Assembly: GCA_050951805.1 (NCBI GenBank)
Contig: JBMNJT010000002.1
Span: 96,001 to 160,000 of the forward strand
DNA: 64,000 nucleotides
Direction: 5' to 3'
Source of the DNA: Bacillota bacterium
Lineage (GTDB): Bacteria; Bacillota; DTU025
The notes beneath the pieces were generated by a model. The model did no database searches. It was not told where the DNA came from and saw only the letters and a list, made by a program, of their open reading frames with translations. Made by a program: the position numbers and the translations under genes. Positions within the stretch are counted from its first letter, which is position 1. Each line of letters begins with the position of its first letter. Positions 60,746-64,000 of this stretch are shown one piece after another.

Positions 60746-62518
60746 ATGTTAGAGGCACAACACGAGATACATGAGGCAGGGCATGGAGAGAGCAAGTGGC
60801 TTGACTTGATGAACGCGATCGGAGAGATCATAGAGAATACCAGCAGGGAGAATGCGAACATCGGAAACTCTCCATCTGCCAAGATGTTGCAGATTGCATC
60901 TTCAGCCAGCAGAGAATATTACCTCGATCGTGTAATACCTGACGACATCGCTTGCGCGCATAGAAATGGCGATATCCACATACATGACCTCGACTACTAC
61001 GGCAAGACATTGACTTGCGTACATATCCCGTTGGGAAGATTGCTGGCAGAGGGTTTCGATACCGGCCACGGCTATGTCCGCCCGCCCAAGCGGCCTGCCT
61101 CCGCCGCGGCGCTTGCCGCAATCATAATACAGAGTTGCCAAAACGACATGCACGGTGGCCAATCATTTGCGCACTTCGACACCGATATGGGTCCCTACAT
61201 GGAGGGCTTTGATGAAGACGAAGCCTATCAGGGAATGGAGGCCTTCATATACAACCTAAATACCATGCACAGCAGAGCCGGGGCCCAAGTCCCGTTCTCC
61301 ACGGTCAATATCGGCTGCGACACGTCCGCCGGCGGACGTCGCGTCACAAGATTGTTGTTGGAAGCTTACGAGCGTGGGCTTGGAAGGGGCGAAACGCCTG
61401 TTTTCCCCAACATCATCTTCAGAGTTAAATCGGGGGTCAACATGAACCCTAAGGACCCCAACTACGACCTTTTCAAGCTGGCATGCCGAGTGTGCGCCAG
61501 GCGCATGAACCCGACGTTCAGCTTCATGGATTCCTCGTTCAATGCACCATACGGGGACGAAGTGGCCTATATGGGCTGCAGAACGCGGGTGATGGCCAAT
61601 CGCAGAGGTCAGGAGACAAGTGTTGGAAGGGGCAACCTCTCCTTCACAACCATCAACCTTCCCCGATTGGCCCTAATGGCCGGCGGAAACGTCGACCGCT
61701 TTTTCAGGCTGCTCGATACCAAGCTCGAGCTCGTGTACAGACAATTGCTGCACAGATTCGATATCCAATCGAGGCTCAAGGTTCGTGATATGCCATTTCT
61801 GATGGGGCAGAAGATATACATTGACTCATATGGACTTGGCGAGAATGACGAGATTGGCCCCGCCATAGCCAATGGCACGCTTTCCGTAGGTTTCATCGGG
61901 CTTGCGGAGACACTGACAGTTCTCTGCGGTGCCCACCATGGTGAAAACGAGGAAGCAGAGCAGCTTGGCCGGGAGATAGTCTCCTTCATGCGTCGGCAGA
62001 TAGACGGATTTGCCGAGGAGAGCAACCTCAACTTTACCTTGCTGGCAACCCCTGCAGAAGGGTTGTCAGGCCGTTTCGTGGCCATTGACAGGGAACGGTT
62101 CGGGACTGTTAGGAACGTGACTGATAGGGAATATTACACCAACAGCTTCCACCTTCCGGTGAGATATCCAACGACGATTTCACGAAAACTCGTTGTTGAG
62201 GGTGCGTTCCATGGATTGACCAACGCAGGGCACATATCATACGTAGAACTCTCGTCTCCGCCTATTGAAAACGGAGAAGCAGTGGAAAGCATCGTGAAGG
62301 CAATGGCCAGGGCGGACATGGGTTACGGGGGCATCAACTTTCCCATAGATGAATGCCGCAAGTGCGGACATGCCGGGGTGATCGAGAGCTCCTGCCCTTC
62401 TTGCGGTTCAGGAGACATCTCCCGCATAAGAAGGATCACAGGATACCTTGCTCCCTTAGACAGGTTCAACGACGCAAAAAAGAGGGAGCTTGAGGAGAGA
62501 GTTCCCCATGGAAACTAG
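60746..62518 (+). CDS. nrdD: Anaerobic (class III) ribonucleotide reductase, without ATP-cone
   Basis: HIHDLDYY, LTC, HGGQS, QVPFST, YMGCRT, ATPAEGLS, YYTNSFH, CxxC..CxxC, glycyl-radical loop RRITGYL. Confidence 0.96.
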   Translation: MLEAQHEIHEAGHGESKWLDLMNAIGEIIENTSRENANIGNSPSAKMLQIASSASREYYLDRVIPDDIACAHRNGDIHIHDLDYYGKTLTCVHIPLGRLLAEGFDTGHGYVRPPKRPASAAALAAIIIQSCQNDMHGGQSFAHFDTDMGPYMEGFDEDEAYQGMEAFIYNLNTMHSRAGAQVPFSTVNIGCDTSAGGRRVTRLLLEAYERGLGRGETPVFPNIIFRVKSGVNMNPKDPNYDLFKLACRVCARRMNPTFSFMDSSFNAPYGDEVAYMGCRTRVMANRRGQETSVGRGNLSFTTINLPRLALMAGGNVDRFFRLLDTKLELVYRQLLHRFDIQSRLKVRDMPFLMGQKIYIDSYGLGENDEIGPAIANGTLSVGFIGLAETLTVLCGAHHGENEEAEQLGREIVSFMRRQIDGFAEESNLNFTLLATPAEGLSGRFVAIDRERFGTVRNVTDREYYTNSFHLPVRYPTTISRKLVVEGAFHGLTNAGHISYVELSSPPIENGEAVESIVKAMARADMGYGGINFPIDECRKCGHAGVIESSCPSCGSGDISRIRRITGYLAPLDRFNDAKKRELEERVPHGN

Positions 62519-63047
62519 CGTTATTGACAAGCTCCGTTCGCACGCCAGCTTGGATTTCCACCTCAGGCTTGCCGGGATAGTGGACGAAAGTGTTGTGGAC
62601 GGGCCAGGAGTGAGGCTTGTGGTTTTTGCACAGGGATGCCCGCACCACTGCCCGGGCTGCCACAATCCTCATACATGGGCGACGGACGGGGGCGTATCGG
62701 TTGCGGCCGAGGAAATAATCGAGAGGCTGAGGGCCAACCTGGTACTGTCTGGAGTGACCCTCAGCGGGGGAGAGCCATTTGCTCAGGCTTCCGAATTCGG
62801 CAGATTGGCGATGGCTGTCAAAAGGATGGGGTTTACCGTGACGACATATACCGGTTACAAGTGGGAGCATCTTGTCCAGTCGAGCTACAGCGGAGTGCAC
62901 CTGCTCTTGGATAATACGGATATACTGGTAGACGGGCCCTATGTCGACAACCTCAGAGAGCCGGGCCTCAAATGGCGCGGCTCCAGCAATCAGAGGATTA
63001 TAGACGTGCATAGATCACTCGGGGCGGGGAGCGTTGTGTTGCTGTAG
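62508..63047 (+). CDS. nrdG: Anaerobic RNR activase (radical SAM)
   Basis: VDGPGVR, GCPHHCPGCHNP, SGGEP, LVDGPY, RGSSNQRIID. Confidence 0.95.
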   Translation: METSVIDKLRSHASLDFHLRLAGIVDESVVDGPGVRLVVFAQGCPHHCPGCHNPHTWATDGGVSVAAEEIIERLRANLVLSGVTLSGGEPFAQASEFGRLAMAVKRMGFTVTTYTGYKWEHLVQSSYSGVHLLLDNTDILVDGPYVDNLREPGLKWRGSSNQRIIDVHRSLGAGSVVLL

Positions 63048-63197
63048 GTGAGAGCCATTTGGGCGTCAGGCGCCCGTTTTCCACCCGCCCCCGCATCCAT
63101 CGCACATCCGAACCGGCTGTTTGGCGCTGCGGCCAGCCAAACAGCGTTGTCTCAATTCAGCTCCATATCATCATTCCTCTTCCCAAACCACAAAACT

Positions 63198-63292
63198 TTT
63201 GCGCAAAGAAGGAAACTTGGATGTAATGTCGAATACATATTGCGCAATAGCAATGCAATATATATGTGCAAGTGCGCAAATCTTGCGCAAGA
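63198..63292. promoter_or_regulatory. Cluster of TTGCGCAA palindromes, probable LacI-family operators
   Basis: TTTGCGCAAA 63198-63207, TATTGCGCAATA 63238-63249, TCTTGCGCAAGA 63281-63292, plus a partial copy at 63272. Confidence 0.6.
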
Positions 63293-63316
63293 CGTGCCAA
63301 TTACGGAGGTGCGCCA

Positions 63317-64000
63317 ATGGTCAAGCTTGAGCGACTCGCCAACAAGCCTATTCTCAGGCCTGTGCCTGAACACGGATGGGAGAGGGCGGCGGTATTCAAC
63401 TGCGCAGCGGTCTACAAAGACGGCATCTTCCACCTTATCTACCGCGCCTGCAATCTGCCCAGCCACGACAGGTTCGGACCCTACATTTCCACAATGGGGC
63501 ATGCTGTGAGCCTCAACGGAGTAGATTTCGCTAGGGACGACAAACCGGTGTTTTCCGGGGAGGGCCCCCAGGAGCAACGGGGGGTCGAGGATCCCAGAAT
63601 CGTGGAACTAGACGGCAGGTTCTACATGATGTATACGGCCTTTGGCGCCAGATTCGATGGAGACTATAGAATATCGATGGCAAGTTCGCCTGACCTCATC
63701 AATTGGTCGCGCCACGGAGTAGTCCTGGATGAGCCCAACAAAGATGCCTCGCTCTTTCCGGAGAAGGTACGTGGCAGGTACGCGATGTACCACAGACGCC
63801 ACCCGAACATCTGGATGGCCTTTTCCGATGATTTGGTGAACTGGACCGATCACAAAGTGATCATGGAGATAATACCCGATTCGTGGGAATCGGAGCGCAT
63901 AGGCATTGCAGGTCCGCCCTTCAGAGTGGCTGAGGGGTGGGCCTTGATCTATCATGGCGTAGATTCTGAAAACAGGTACCGCCTGGGCTGGGCGCTCTTT
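63317..64000 (+). CDS. GH130-family glycosidase / mannoside phosphorylase (truncated by window end)
   Basis: RBS GGAGGTG; KPILRP, VFNC, LIYRA, GVEDPRI, YMMYTAF, NKDASLFPEK, YHG. Confidence 0.88.
   Translation, partial: MVKLERLANKPILRPVPEHGWERAAVFNCAAVYKDGIFHLIYRACNLPSHDRFGPYISTMGHAVSLNGVDFARDDKPVFSGEGPQEQRGVEDPRIVELDGRFYMMYTAFGARFDGDYRISMASSPDLINWSRHGVVLDEPNKDASLFPEKVRGRYAMYHRRHPNIWMAFSDDLVNWTDHKVIMEIIPDSWESERIGIAGPPFRVAEGWALIYHGVDSENRYRLGWALF

Overview
Chromosomal window of a moderately GC-rich anaerobic Bacillota-type bacterium (inferred from the T-box, sigmaA/sigmaD promoters and gene families; two TolC genes hint at a diderm lineage). From left to right: a MacAB-like ABC exporter; a His T-box-controlled operon hisZ-G-D-C-B-[A-F fusion]-IE with no hisH; two TolC-family genes; a selenium/sulfur cluster (LysR, cysteine desulfurase, YedE, TusA/YedF, DUF3343); tandem pepF paralogs; an atypical Hsp70; murJ; a DUF89 phosphatase; a decayed ECF-sigma/TPR locus; an SCP2-rich island (SCP2-cupin, TrmB-SCP2, SCP2-like, Fe-ADH, AOR, MoaD); a chemoreceptor; a type I-B CRISPR-Cas locus (cas8b-7-5-3-4-1-2, IS debris, leader, ~74-repeat array, CARF-HEPN gene, inverted cas6); a cobalamin riboswitch with nrdDG; and a truncated GH130 gene. 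Strongest leads: (1) a HisA-HisF fusion lacking two HisH-coupling residues in an operon without hisH, suggesting ammonia-dependent IGP synthesis; (2) a degenerate repeat-spacer-repeat mini-array upstream of cas8b with a seed match upstream of cas6; (3) a TrmB-SCP2 regulator and two more SCP2-like proteins next to ADH/AOR; (4) an orphan CARF-HEPN gene between transposon-like inverted ends; (5) an abrupt spacer-length shift in the array. All calls come from manual motif reading; no database searches were run.
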